Positions 47,438-57,045 of a stretch of 64,000 nt of DNA are shown in pieces. Position 1 is the first letter of the stretch. Every line of letters begins with the position of its first letter. The notes under the pieces were generated by a model, which saw only the letters and a list, made by a program, of their open reading frames with translations, was not told the origin of the DNA and did not search any database. Made by a program: the position numbers and the translations under genes. Source of the stretch: Candidatus Poribacteria bacterium (GTDB lineage: Bacteria; Poribacteria; WGA-4E; WGA-3G); NCBI GenBank assembly GCA_965205015.1, contig OZ242029.1, positions 1,888,001-1,952,000 of the forward strand, given 5' to 3'.

Positions 47438-48767
47438 GGACCTGTGTTCCGACAGTGCCATCGGTGATGTTGAAAATGGATGGGAATTCGTCCAGCCAAC
47501 CGTCATTGGCACTCGGGCAAAATTGGCGAGCATTGCCCTCAATAGCCGTTACACCAGGGATACGCGCAGCGAGTCCCGCGGAGTGTAAAAAGGATGCACC
47601 CGGACACGTTAGATCCTGCACAGCGAGGAACATATCGTATCCTGCGGCGGCGGCACCCATCAGCAACGCTTGAGACTGTCCTTTACACGCCTTGAGGGCA
47701 ACACCGGAATATCCTTGCTCGCGTGCCAGTAGAAAGGTCTCAAAATCGGTGAGTGACTCGTCGATCACTACAGGTTTTATCTCGGCGGCTTTGTGCATCT
47801 TATTTTCAGGATGCGCCTTCAGGTCCCGATCCGTCGGTTGCTCAATGTAAGCGAGGCGTTGGAAAGCGTTGCTCTCTGCTTCTTGAATCTGGCTGAGAAA
47901 TTCCAATAGGTATTCGACATTTTGACAGGTTTCGTTGAAGTCAGCAGAGTAGTGCCAAGTATCAACACCGCGTTTCGCTTGCGTTTCGGCGGTGACTTTA
48001 TCGATTGCGAGGACACGCGCAACATCCCACGCCAAGTCGTCGCCGTTGAGTTTAATTTTTAGATGCGTCAACCCATCGGCAACGATCCATTCAGGGAGCG
48101 TTTCCGGAAGACCGTCATTGAGGCGTTCTGGGATATCCGCGTCAGTGAGCGGATCCAAGGCACCAACGAGATGATAGATCGGCATATTCGGCTTCGGTTG
48201 ACGTGAAGTATACTGATCGAGGTATTTTCCGCTGAATCGTTCATTCAAAAAATGCGACAGATCCGCCTCAATAAAGTCTTCGCCCAGTCCGTTGTAACTA
48301 TTGATCCCGTTGGCTTTGCCGAACGCATCGTGAATTGCCGCGTCGATCGGGCTCGTCGTAACGACGGTGCAGAGTTTCGGCATCGGCGACGCGAGTTGCA
48401 TGTTGTGAGACAAATCATCGGCGATTTTTAAAAATTCTGGCTCAAGCACTTCAGAAAGTTCAAGCGGGTGCGCACAGAGTGTGCAATCCCGTGTTGCCGT
48501 TACCGCCAATTCGGCGAGCTTTTTCATCGCGGCGAGGCTCTGATCAAAAGGCGCGTAGCGCGGCGGAAACGCCCAAACGTTACCGAGGGGCATGGAACCT
48601 TTTCCTTCTGCCACTTGGTTTCCATCGCGCGTCTCGACCTGTACCCGGACATTAAAGAGGACGCAGTGATTCGTTGGTACGCCACCGAACTTGAGCGGAG
48701 TGCGGTATTGGTGTTCTTCAAAATCGTAATGAACGTCAAGGATGCGAATATCTGTCGGTTTTGGCAT
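47412..48767 (-). CDS. Mandelate racemase/enolase superfamily protein
   Basis: HLKIKL (KxK), ADFNE, YIEQP, VIDES, ALKACKG. Confidence 0.8.
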   Translation of the reverse strand: MPKPTDIRILDVHYDFEEHQYRTPLKFGGVPTNHCVLFNVRVQVETRDGNQVAEGKGSMPLGNVWAFPPRYAPFDQSLAAMKKLAELAVTATRDCTLCAHPLELSEVLEPEFLKIADDLSHNMQLASPMPKLCTVVTTSPIDAAIHDAFGKANGINSYNGLGEDFIEADLSHFLNERFSGKYLDQYTSRQPKPNMPIYHLVGALDPLTDADIPERLNDGLPETLPEWIVADGLTHLKIKLNGDDLAWDVARVLAIDKVTAETQAKRGVDTWHYSADFNETCQNVEYLLEFLSQIQEAESNAFQRLAYIEQPTDRDLKAHPENKMHKAAEIKPVVIDESLTDFETFLLAREQGYSGVALKACKGQSQALLMGAAAAGYDMFLAVQDLTCPGASFLHSAGLAARIPGVTAIEGNARQFCPSANDGWLDEFPSIFNITDGTVGTQVLTALGLGH

Positions 48768-48835
48768 AACTTCCTCTTATACGTCTTGATCCCGCCTGAA
48801 ATTCAAATGTCCAAAGGATATGTTCCCGGGGTGCC

Positions 48836-49270
48836 TTATTTTGAAGAATCCTGGGACGGTGCCGGAGGGGGTTCCGTAAACTTCTCTCCGCGTGCTTCAG
48901 CCTCCAACCTACGAGTGTTCCACGCGGCTACTTCCTGATAAACCTCCGTTTTGCCTTCCGCTTTGCCTTCCGCTTTGCCTTCCGCTTTTAATCTTTTGTC
49001 TCTCGCTAAAGAATCTCTAAGTCGCTGAAACATAACGTCGATTCCCTCCTCAATAAATGTTAAGGTTGTGGCAGCTGACATGATTTTTGGAAAGTTGTTG
49101 GCAATCGTATAAAATGCCTCCAAAAAACTCTTGTCTTTCAATAATATCTCGTGTAGGAAAACTGTTGCCAGACAAGTAAGTGCGAAAATCGCAAAAGCAA
49201 TCATCGCTCCCTCGGCGTTCCGGACCGTGAACATTGGGGCTTGTCTATTGCTGTTGTTTTCATTTTCCAT
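48836..49270 (-). CDS. Small membrane protein with (KAEG)3 repeat tail
   Basis: TM helix followed by KAEGKAEGKAEGK encoded by a 12-bp tandem repeat (48950-48985); start uncertain (49270 or 49300). Confidence 0.55.
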   Translation of the reverse strand: MENENNSNRQAPMFTVRNAEGAMIAFAIFALTCLATVFLHEILLKDKSFLEAFYTIANNFPKIMSAATTLTFIEEGIDVMFQRLRDSLARDKRLKAEGKAEGKAEGKTEVYQEVAAWNTRRLEAEARGEKFTEPPPAPSQDSSK

Positions 49271-49347
49271 ACAGATACCACCTATGTATCTCTTAAGCAT
49301 ATCCTATTTTTCACCCTTTGTCAACAAAAAAGAAAACAGAAAACAAA

Positions 49348-49376
49348 TTGACAGCTCTCCTGTGAACTGATAAACT
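49348..49376 (+). promoter_or_regulatory. sigma70-like promoter
   Basis: TTGACA-17 nt-TAAACT with extended TG. Confidence 0.55.
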
Positions 49377-49422
49377 ATACCCAAAGACAACCTACCCTTC
49401 AATTAGCAGGAGACGCTTTTGA

Positions 49423-50661
49423 ATGAATACGAATGAAAAAGTCCAAAAGCTCACTTCACTTCTCGATAAACATCAAGCCTATCGGGACACCTGTCTCAAT
49501 CTCATCGCTTCGGAGAACACGCCTTCGCCGTTGGTGGAAGAACTTTTCGATGAACGACTGGCGCGGCGATATGGGAATTATTCTGGTGTTGACATTTACC
49601 AACGGAATTACAAGGGCAACCGCTACATCGCCGAAATAGAGGGATACACACAGGCGTTAGCAAAAGAGTTGTTCGGCGCAGCGCATGTCGATTTCCGTCC
49701 GCTATCGGGGAACATCGCAGGGATTGCGACGACGTTTGCATTGGCAAAGCCCGGCGATACGGCATTAGAAGTTCATAACGGACACCACTATGCCCAAAAA
49801 CTACGCTCCTCACCCCTCAAAATAGAACTACAGTCGATTCCGATTCCGTGGGACGGACGGCGTTCAAATATTGATCTCGATGCAACGCTTGAACTGATTG
49901 CGAAACACAAACCCAGCATCGTCAACATCGGCTCTGGGGTGTTTCTTTTCCCTCAACCCGTGCGGGAATTGAAAGAGGCAATGCGCCAAGCGAATCCAGA
50001 CGCTTATCTCATCTACGACGCCTCACACGTCATTGGACTCATCGCCGGTGGACGGTTTCAATCGCCGTTTGATGAAGGCGCTGATGTCATCATCTCCAGC
50101 ACGCATAAGACGCTTGCGGGACCGCAGGGTGGAATGGTGCTGACGAACGATGCCTCCATTGCTGAGCGAGTTGCGAGGGGGGTCTATCCCTTGCTGATGA
50201 GTAATCATCATCTCAATCGGCTTCCAGCGTTAGCAGGGACGTTTATAGAGTGGATGGAATGCGGTAAGGCACAAGCGGATGCGATTGTTACGAATGCAAA
50301 GGCGCTCGGACAGGCGTTGGCAGAACGCGGCGTTCCGATACTCGGTGCCGACCTCGGCTTCACGGAGTCGCATACCTTGATACTGATTGTGGATAAATAT
50401 GGGGACGGCGGCGCACTCGCAAACCATCTGGAGGCATGTCATATTATCGCGGGCGCCGCGGGAGTGTCACCAGAAGTCGGCACATCTGGATTGCGTATGG
50501 GTGTTCAAGAGGTCACGCGGTGGGGCATGACCCCAACGGATGCCCCGGATATCGCGGAATGTATTGTCTCAGCACTCTCTGGTGGGATGCCTGAGGAACT
50601 TAAACCGAAGGTTGCGGAAGTCGCGCGTCGCTTTGACACAATCCAGTTCACCGTCGATTAA
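49423..50661 (+). CDS. Divergent serine hydroxymethyltransferase-like PLP enzyme
   Basis: LNLIASEN, YDASH, STHKTLAGPQGG (PLP lysine), SGLRMG; canonical YAEGYP and GGHLTHG motifs replaced. Confidence 0.75.
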   Translation: MNTNEKVQKLTSLLDKHQAYRDTCLNLIASENTPSPLVEELFDERLARRYGNYSGVDIYQRNYKGNRYIAEIEGYTQALAKELFGAAHVDFRPLSGNIAGIATTFALAKPGDTALEVHNGHHYAQKLRSSPLKIELQSIPIPWDGRRSNIDLDATLELIAKHKPSIVNIGSGVFLFPQPVRELKEAMRQANPDAYLIYDASHVIGLIAGGRFQSPFDEGADVIISSTHKTLAGPQGGMVLTNDASIAERVARGVYPLLMSNHHLNRLPALAGTFIEWMECGKAQADAIVTNAKALGQALAERGVPILGADLGFTESHTLILIVDKYGDGGALANHLEACHIIAGAAGVSPEVGTSGLRMGVQEVTRWGMTPTDAPDIAECIVSALSGGMPEELKPKVAEVARRFDTIQFTVD

Positions 50662-50679
50662 ACAGGAATGCATATAAAC

Positions 50680-50702
50680 GAAGTGGGGTTTGACCCCACT
50701 TC
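50680..50702. terminator. Hairpin between convergent genes
   Basis: GAAGTGGGGT-TTG-ACCCCACTTC perfect stem. Confidence 0.5.
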
Positions 50703-50739
50703 ACTGCTGGCGAGGATTGTATCCTCGCTAGCTCGTATA

Positions 50740-51729
50740 CTATTTTCGCTTCAATTTTCCCCACATTGTTGTTAGCAACTCTATATTGGGTTGAACAGGC
50801 AGGGCTGCTGGGTCAAACCAGTCCGCCCGGCTATTGTCTCCGTTATGTGTGAGCTGCGTTTTTACACGGCTTCCCACGCCAATCTTGAAAAGTTGTGTGG
50901 CACCTCTGATTTCCTGTTGATAGATGATTTCATCGCCTTGAGGAGACCAAGTCGGGCGGAGGGCGTCCGGTCCCTTTTCTGACACAAGTTGTCGTAAGCG
51001 ACTCCCATCACGGTTGATAACGTAGATGGTTTCCTCATCCTGCCAGGCGACTGCATCTGCGAGGTTTAGTATCGCCCTAAATTTGTGTAAGACAAAAGCG
51101 ATTTGTTCCCCATTCGGGGACCACGCCGGGTGACTCTTATATGGATACTTATTTAGTTCACCGAGCAGAACAGTTTGTTTGAGCGTTTCAACGTTGAGGA
51201 GACGAAGTTCATAACCTTGTTTTGATTTATGGTGAATGAAGGCAATTTCCTTTCCGTTGGGTGACCAAGCAGGATCGCCGACACTTCCGAAGCCAGTCTG
51301 TGCTACCGGTTCAACTGATTTACCGTCTATCGTGGCAATGTAAAGCACGGCATCGCTCACAGACGCAATTCGCTTTCCATCTGGAGACCACGTTGCCTCG
51401 GATCTACTGTGCCAATTGTCAAGAACTTGTCTTACATTGTTTCCATCAGCATCCATGAGATACAAGCTTTCTCCTCCTTTGCGAAACGAGACGAAAAGAA
51501 TCTGTTCCCCTGTTGGCGACCAAACTGGGGAAAAATCGGCTGCTGTATCTTGTGTAAGATTTACGGGATCGCTTCCGTCTGGATTCATCGTCCAGATATC
51601 CCAATTCCCGTCTCGGTTGGATGAAAATACAACTTTTGCGGTTGTTGGTGCTTTTGCCGATGTCGTTACACCGCTGTTGAACAGTAGGAAACCGAGGCAA
51701 CAGAACAAGGCAAAAAATCTAACGCTCAT
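50740..51729 (-). CDS. Secreted TolB-like PD40 beta-propeller with C-terminal TTMWGKLK motif
   Basis: WSP repeats; start MSVRFF after AGGAG. Confidence 0.83.
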   Translation of the reverse strand: MSVRFFALFCCLGFLLFNSGVTTSAKAPTTAKVVFSSNRDGNWDIWTMNPDGSDPVNLTQDTAADFSPVWSPTGEQILFVSFRKGGESLYLMDADGNNVRQVLDNWHSRSEATWSPDGKRIASVSDAVLYIATIDGKSVEPVAQTGFGSVGDPAWSPNGKEIAFIHHKSKQGYELRLLNVETLKQTVLLGELNKYPYKSHPAWSPNGEQIAFVLHKFRAILNLADAVAWQDEETIYVINRDGSRLRQLVSEKGPDALRPTWSPQGDEIIYQQEIRGATQLFKIGVGSRVKTQLTHNGDNSRADWFDPAALPVQPNIELLTTMWGKLKRK

Positions 51730-51777
51730 AATTTTTCTCCTTTTGGGTTTGGAATTCTTCATTTTCATAAAAACTGA

Positions 51778-53457
51778 CTATTTCTCCTTGGGCTGAATCG
51801 GCAATGCTGGGGGGCCAGACCAATCCGCACCACTATTGCTACCTACGTCCGTCAGTTGGACCTTCGTACGGCTGTCTACATTAATTTTAAAAAGTTGCCT
51901 GATATCTCCAACTTCTGGTAGATGGATTCCCTGCTGATAAATAATTTCATCTCCGTGTGGAGACCATGTCGGATGAAGGGCGTCCGGTCCCTTTTCTGAA
52001 ACGAGTTGGCGCAAATTACTCCCATCTCGGTTGATAACATAAATTGTTTCCTCATCCTGCCAATTCGCTGCGTCTCTAAAATTTAATATGGCTCTCCATT
52101 TGTGTAGGACGAAAGCGATTTGCTCTCCGTCCGGAGACCACGCTGGATAGGACTTAACTGGATACGTCTCTAATTGTGCCAGAACAACCTTCTGTTTGAG
52201 TGTTTGGACATCAAGGAGGCGAAGTTCATAGCCCTGCTTCCGCCAAAGATAGATAAAGGCAATTTCCGTTCCATCTGGAGACCAGGCAGGATCTCCGACG
52301 CTTCCGAAGCCAGTTTCCGCCACAGGCACGACTGATTTGTCATCTAACGTTATAATGTAAAGCACGCCATCGCGCACAGAAGCGATTCGTTTTCCGTCAG
52401 GTGCCCATGTTGCGGAGGATCTGCTGTACCAATTATCAAGAACTTTTCTTATATTGTTTCCGTCTGCGTCCATGAGATAAAGGCTTGATTCTTTTCCTTC
52501 TTCTCGAAAGGAGACAAAGAGAATCTGTTCCCCTGAAGGGGACCACGCAGGGTGAAGATCGCTTGCCGCATCTCGTGTAAGATTCACAGAGTCGCTTCCG
52601 TCTGGGTTCATCGTCCAAATATCCCAATTGTCGTCTCGGTTGGACGAAAATACGACTTTCCCTGTTTTCGGGGTTTTCGTCGCGATGTCGCCTTCAGAAC
52701 TGGACGGCAGCCCGAAACGGTTTGCGTAATGGTACCCGATGCCCAGTATCAATAATATCACAGCAACAGCGGAAACGCCTATGACCCATGGGGCAGGCAA
52801 TTGACTTCCACCAGTGGAAGAGATAGGGGTGATCCGAGAAATTTCACGCATAACGTTCTCCGTGAAATTCGGTGCAATCTGGAAACCACTTAAAGCCTCG
52901 CGGACGATCGGTTCTTCTCTTTTTAAACGCTGCTGCGCACGACGGAGCCGACTCTTAATTGTACCTACCGATGTCCCTAAAAACTCGCTAATCTCTTCAT
53001 GCGTCATTTCTCCAAAGTAATGGAGCATGATGACGGTACGTTCTTTCTCTCGTAATTTCGCAAGCAACTTTTGGACGACTTCACTCTGGGCTTCTGCGGT
53101 CGTCCGTTCGTTTTCCTGAATTACGTATCCCGAATATGTTGCTTTCTCTAATTGCGCGTGGCTCGTGTCTTCCAGAGACTGTGTTGATAAACGTTTCTGA
53201 CGTAGCCACGCAATACAACCGCGCCTCGCTATCACAGAAAGCCAACGAGCAAAACGGTCCGGTTTCTTCAACGTTGCTAACGCCTTGTATGCTTGCAGGA
53301 AGGCATCCTGTGTAATTTCTTCAGCGATGTGAAAGTCTCCGACTTTCCGCCATACAAGCGCGTGAACCGGCTTTTCGTATTTTCTCACGAGCATGGAGAA
53401 GGCGTTTTCATCGCCTGCCAGAACGCGTTGAATTAATTCAACGTCGTCGTTTTTCAT
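51778..53457 (-). CDS. ECF sigma-70 factor fused via a TM helix to a PD40 beta-propeller
   Basis: Region 2 AEEITQDAF...FARWL; region 4 THEEISEFLGTSVGTIKSRLRRA; TM WVIGVSAVAVILLILGI; WSP repeats. Confidence 0.88.
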   Translation of the reverse strand: MKNDDVELIQRVLAGDENAFSMLVRKYEKPVHALVWRKVGDFHIAEEITQDAFLQAYKALATLKKPDRFARWLSVIARRGCIAWLRQKRLSTQSLEDTSHAQLEKATYSGYVIQENERTTAEAQSEVVQKLLAKLREKERTVIMLHYFGEMTHEEISEFLGTSVGTIKSRLRRAQQRLKREEPIVREALSGFQIAPNFTENVMREISRITPISSTGGSQLPAPWVIGVSAVAVILLILGIGYHYANRFGLPSSSEGDIATKTPKTGKVVFSSNRDDNWDIWTMNPDGSDSVNLTRDAASDLHPAWSPSGEQILFVSFREEGKESSLYLMDADGNNIRKVLDNWYSRSSATWAPDGKRIASVRDGVLYIITLDDKSVVPVAETGFGSVGDPAWSPDGTEIAFIYLWRKQGYELRLLDVQTLKQKVVLAQLETYPVKSYPAWSPDGEQIAFVLHKWRAILNFRDAANWQDEETIYVINRDGSNLRQLVSEKGPDALHPTWSPHGDEIIYQQGIHLPEVGDIRQLFKINVDSRTKVQLTDVGSNSGADWSGPPALPIQPKEK

Positions 53458-53611
53458 CAGGTACCTCCGGAAACGGATAAGTTCATAATTTCGTAATTAA
53501 ATGTATAGTGACGCGACTTAGGGATAAAATAGATGCATAATTCTGCAAAAAAGCGAAGGAATTTTATAGGAAACTCAAAAATTAAACGTCTATCTAAAGA
53601 TTTAATTTTAC

Positions 53612-53641
53612 TTGACATTTAATAATCTAATGCGGTATAAT
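53612..53641 (+). promoter_or_regulatory. sigma70 promoter
   Basis: TTGACA-18 nt-TATAAT. Confidence 0.6.
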
Positions 53642-53688
53642 AGTTAAACCATATTTAGCAAAAACATGTATAGAAAGAGGAGATACAC

Positions 53689-54966
53689 ATGAAAAATAAA
53701 CAACCATTTATCACGGCCGTGCAAGATGACGACATAGATACAGTCGAGCACCTTTTGACGATTGACAGGACACTCATCGCACATATTGACGCACCATGGT
53801 TCAGTTTCGATGCCCCGGCGATCGTGTTTGCCGCCGCCGCCGGCAATCGCGAACTCATTGAGGTTCTGCTCGATGCTGGTGCTGATATTGATATCAAGAG
53901 CAGTTGGTGGGCAGGCGGCACTTCAGCGTTACAACACGCTACCGGCTCCATGCTAAATTACAACAAAGAACTCGCCGAATACCTGATTGAACGCGGCGCG
54001 ACCATTGACGCGCACGCCGCCGCAGGTTTGGATATGTCCGAGAAGCTTGCCGAACTGATTCGCGAAACGCCCGAGGTCGTCAATGCCCCGGGGAGCGATG
54101 GCATGTCCCCTCTTCATTTCGCTGCGACCCCTCGAATTGCCGAACTTCTGATTACACACGGCGCAGACATGAACCTACGCGATCGCGACCATTACGGGAC
54201 GCCAGCACAATGGACGATGAGAAGACGACCTGAGGTGTGTCGCTATCTCCTTGAACAGGGTGCCGAGACGGATATTGTCCTCTATTGTGCGATGGGTGAC
54301 GTTGAACGGGCGAAGGCGGAATTCGAAAAAAATCCTGAACTCCTCAACCTCCGGATTAATGTCAAATCCCCTAAGGGCTACATTATACCAACGTTGGAAT
54401 CGCCGGATATTGACGACAAACAAACCGATGAAGTCCCCGGTGGACATGTCTATGCCTATCAGGTCGGACCTACCATCCCTCTGCTTGAAATGGCTCTTAA
54501 TTACAATCAGAGCGCAATCGTTGATCTTCTGATTGACGCAGGTTATGAAATCAACTTTCGAGATTGGTATGTGCTTGTTGGGCAGGGACCGAAGCGGTTT
54601 GATACATTGCTGAAGGGGTTGCTTGCCAAAGGGTGGGACATCAACGCCCTTCGGAAACATCGACGTGGAATGTGGGCCCCCTTGCATTGGGTGACGCAAC
54701 GCGGTCTGACCCATGGGATCCTCTGTTTATTGGAAAATGGGGCAGATCCGAATATAACCGATGACAAGGGGCGCACCGCAATGCATATTATTGCGCAAAA
54801 AGGAGTCGGAAAGAACCAGATACAGTTGCTCATAGAATACGGCGGCGATATTAACGTCCGCGATACAGATGGCAAAACACCCCTCGATTATGCGCAAAAA
54901 CCAAAGCGAAAATCTGTTGCAGATTTCCTCACGGAATATGCAAATCAGACAGAGAAAAATGTCTGA
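53689..54966 (+). CDS. Ankyrin repeat protein
   Basis: LLDAGADID, GMSPLHFAA, LITHGADMN, GRTAMH, GKTPLDYA. Confidence 0.88.
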   Translation: MKNKQPFITAVQDDDIDTVEHLLTIDRTLIAHIDAPWFSFDAPAIVFAAAAGNRELIEVLLDAGADIDIKSSWWAGGTSALQHATGSMLNYNKELAEYLIERGATIDAHAAAGLDMSEKLAELIRETPEVVNAPGSDGMSPLHFAATPRIAELLITHGADMNLRDRDHYGTPAQWTMRRRPEVCRYLLEQGAETDIVLYCAMGDVERAKAEFEKNPELLNLRINVKSPKGYIIPTLESPDIDDKQTDEVPGGHVYAYQVGPTIPLLEMALNYNQSAIVDLLIDAGYEINFRDWYVLVGQGPKRFDTLLKGLLAKGWDINALRKHRRGMWAPLHWVTQRGLTHGILCLLENGADPNITDDKGRTAMHIIAQKGVGKNQIQLLIEYGGDINVRDTDGKTPLDYAQKPKRKSVADFLTEYANQTEKNV

Positions 54967-54973
54967 TTTCGCC

Positions 54974-55003
54974 TTGACATTTTTTATTCGGTTATGATAT
55001 AAT
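54974..55003 (+). promoter_or_regulatory. sigma70 promoter of the Rieske pair
   Basis: TTGACA-18 nt-TATAAT with extended TG. Confidence 0.6.
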
Positions 55004-55054
55004 AATTTGTATGAGTTAAGATAGGCAACACGCAATTGGGAGGAACATAAAACG

Positions 55055-56791
55055 ATGGAACATCAAACACAAAACTGGGTGAAGGTCGCCGAGTTAAGTG
55101 AGGTTTCTGAAGGAAAACCGAAAGCGGTTCAGATGGGAGCAGGGCGTAGTATTGCCCTCTTCAATGTTGACGGAAAAATTTACGCGACGGATAACCAGTG
55201 TCCGCACATGGGATATCCGCTAACACGTGGAACGGTTCGTAATGGCATCCTAACATGTGATTGGCACCGCCGCAGTTTCGATTTGGAAGGTGGTGGTTGT
55301 TTCCATGTGGAATGCGATGATTTGCGCACTTTTCCGGTTGATGTCCGCGGGAACGAGGTTTGGATAGAGCCGGGAGATTTGACGTACCGGCGCGCCGAGG
55401 AACATAAGCAATTGCTACGAGAAGGGCTTTTAAGCGAAGACCGATGGACGATGTCCAAGGCGATTTCGCTGCTCTTAAAAGGGGGTGTGCCGGAAGAAGA
55501 GGTAATGGGGACAATTTTGGAGCACGTCAGTCGCCACATCGCCAGTTCCCACGGAGCGGAAGGCGGAGGTGATGTCTCTCGACTCATCAACGGACTCAGG
55601 GTTGGACGCAGATATACGGATGCCGATAGACTCATTGCCGTTACAACTTCTGCTTGCTCCGCCGCGGGACCCGCATCCGAACGCCTTGAAGTTGTTCCGT
55701 TACCAGAACCTGTCACATGGGAGAAGATAAGCCAGTGGGTCCGCAATTTCTCATACGAAGGGCAATCCGAACGCATTGAGCGATGCTTATTTACAGCATA
55801 TCATAAGGGGGACGCAGATAAGTTGCGTCCATTGCTGTTTGAATGTGCTGTTGAGCCCCATTTTATGGATCTGTCTCATATTCCGCTCTATGTCAGTTAT
55901 CTCTCGGAAGTGATTGATGAATTCGGGTGGGAACGTGCTTCGGAACTCGTATTCTACCTCGGTGCCCAGCTCATTGGACATCGTCCAGAAGAGCCAGAAC
56001 GCTATCGCAGAGACGCAATTCAACTCATGCGTCAGATACTGCCTGCTCTTGAAAATGCTGACTTAGAGCAAACCGATGAATTTGACGAAGATGCTTTTGT
56101 CGAGGCACTCACAAGCGTCAATCTCCAGCGATCATTCGAGGCAGTGCAGACAGTTTTGACTGACGGTGTAAAGTTAGAAAGACTCATTACAACGCTTGTC
56201 CTCCTCGCAGCAGATCGGATGGCACACACGCCTGTGAATGTGGATGCCGGTTGGGAGAACCTAACAACCGAGCTCAACCTCGCCGCCTCTTTGCGGAGTG
56301 CGCAACAGATGGGGGGAAACGAGGTCGCCGCGAAAGGGGTTTTCCATGTTGCGTGGCAAATCTTCGCCGATCGCTGGATAAACATCCCTTCGCGACCCGT
56401 TAGTCAACCGCTGAAGAAAGAAAAACTGGATGTCGCGAACGAGGCAGAGGGAATCAAACATATTGTTGATACAATCGAGACCCTCAATGTCCAAGAGGTA
56501 GGAATCCGTGTCCTTGGCTATCTCAACGCTGGTTACTGTGCCGAACGATTGATTGAAGAGATCGGACATACAGCACTTTGGGATGATACAGGGAGCGAAG
56601 TCCTCCCGACACTCCGCACCGTGTTTGAGGAATGGAAGCATGCCGAAGGACATCCCGCGCAGTCCCAACTCTTAGTCGGATTGGCTCGCTATGTCACAGA
56701 TATACGGTCAAACACCGACAATAAATCTGCCGCAACCACCGCAATACGGTTCGCCGAAGGCAAAACGACAATTGAGGTTTTTGAAGAGTAA
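55055..56791 (+). CDS. Rieske [2Fe-2S] domain fused to a large helical domain (paralog A)
   Basis: NQCPHMGYPL...LTCDWH (CxH...CxxH). Confidence 0.82.
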   Translation: MEHQTQNWVKVAELSEVSEGKPKAVQMGAGRSIALFNVDGKIYATDNQCPHMGYPLTRGTVRNGILTCDWHRRSFDLEGGGCFHVECDDLRTFPVDVRGNEVWIEPGDLTYRRAEEHKQLLREGLLSEDRWTMSKAISLLLKGGVPEEEVMGTILEHVSRHIASSHGAEGGGDVSRLINGLRVGRRYTDADRLIAVTTSACSAAGPASERLEVVPLPEPVTWEKISQWVRNFSYEGQSERIERCLFTAYHKGDADKLRPLLFECAVEPHFMDLSHIPLYVSYLSEVIDEFGWERASELVFYLGAQLIGHRPEEPERYRRDAIQLMRQILPALENADLEQTDEFDEDAFVEALTSVNLQRSFEAVQTVLTDGVKLERLITTLVLLAADRMAHTPVNVDAGWENLTTELNLAASLRSAQQMGGNEVAAKGVFHVAWQIFADRWINIPSRPVSQPLKKEKLDVANEAEGIKHIVDTIETLNVQEVGIRVLGYLNAGYCAERLIEEIGHTALWDDTGSEVLPTLRTVFEEWKHAEGHPAQSQLLVGLARYVTDIRSNTDNKSAATTAIRFAEGKTTIEVFEE

Positions 56792-57045
56792 TCACTTGCG
56801 AACTCAAGGAAATGTTGTGAATGAGGGAAAAGCGACGCCGCCATTTTCAGAACCAAACCCCACTTAGGATCGCTGTAAAAAGTGGAAACAGAGGCGCAAT
56901 TGACTATTTACAACGGATTGGTGCCGCAAAAGCATAGAATCCACCGGTATGCTCGACAGCAGGACTTCGTCCAATAAGGACAATTGCAAACAGTGATAAT
57001 CGGGGGCGCGAGCGCTAAGGCGCGCCTGTAGAGGAGAAATATAAA

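Noticed and set aside
48950-48988. 12-bp tandem repeat as a CRISPR or contingency locus
   Set aside because: In-frame coding repeat (KAEG)x3 with no spacers
56865-56895. Twister ribozyme (AAAAGTGGA similarity)
   Set aside because: The upstream UAAC-type cleavage strand and pairing partners are absent
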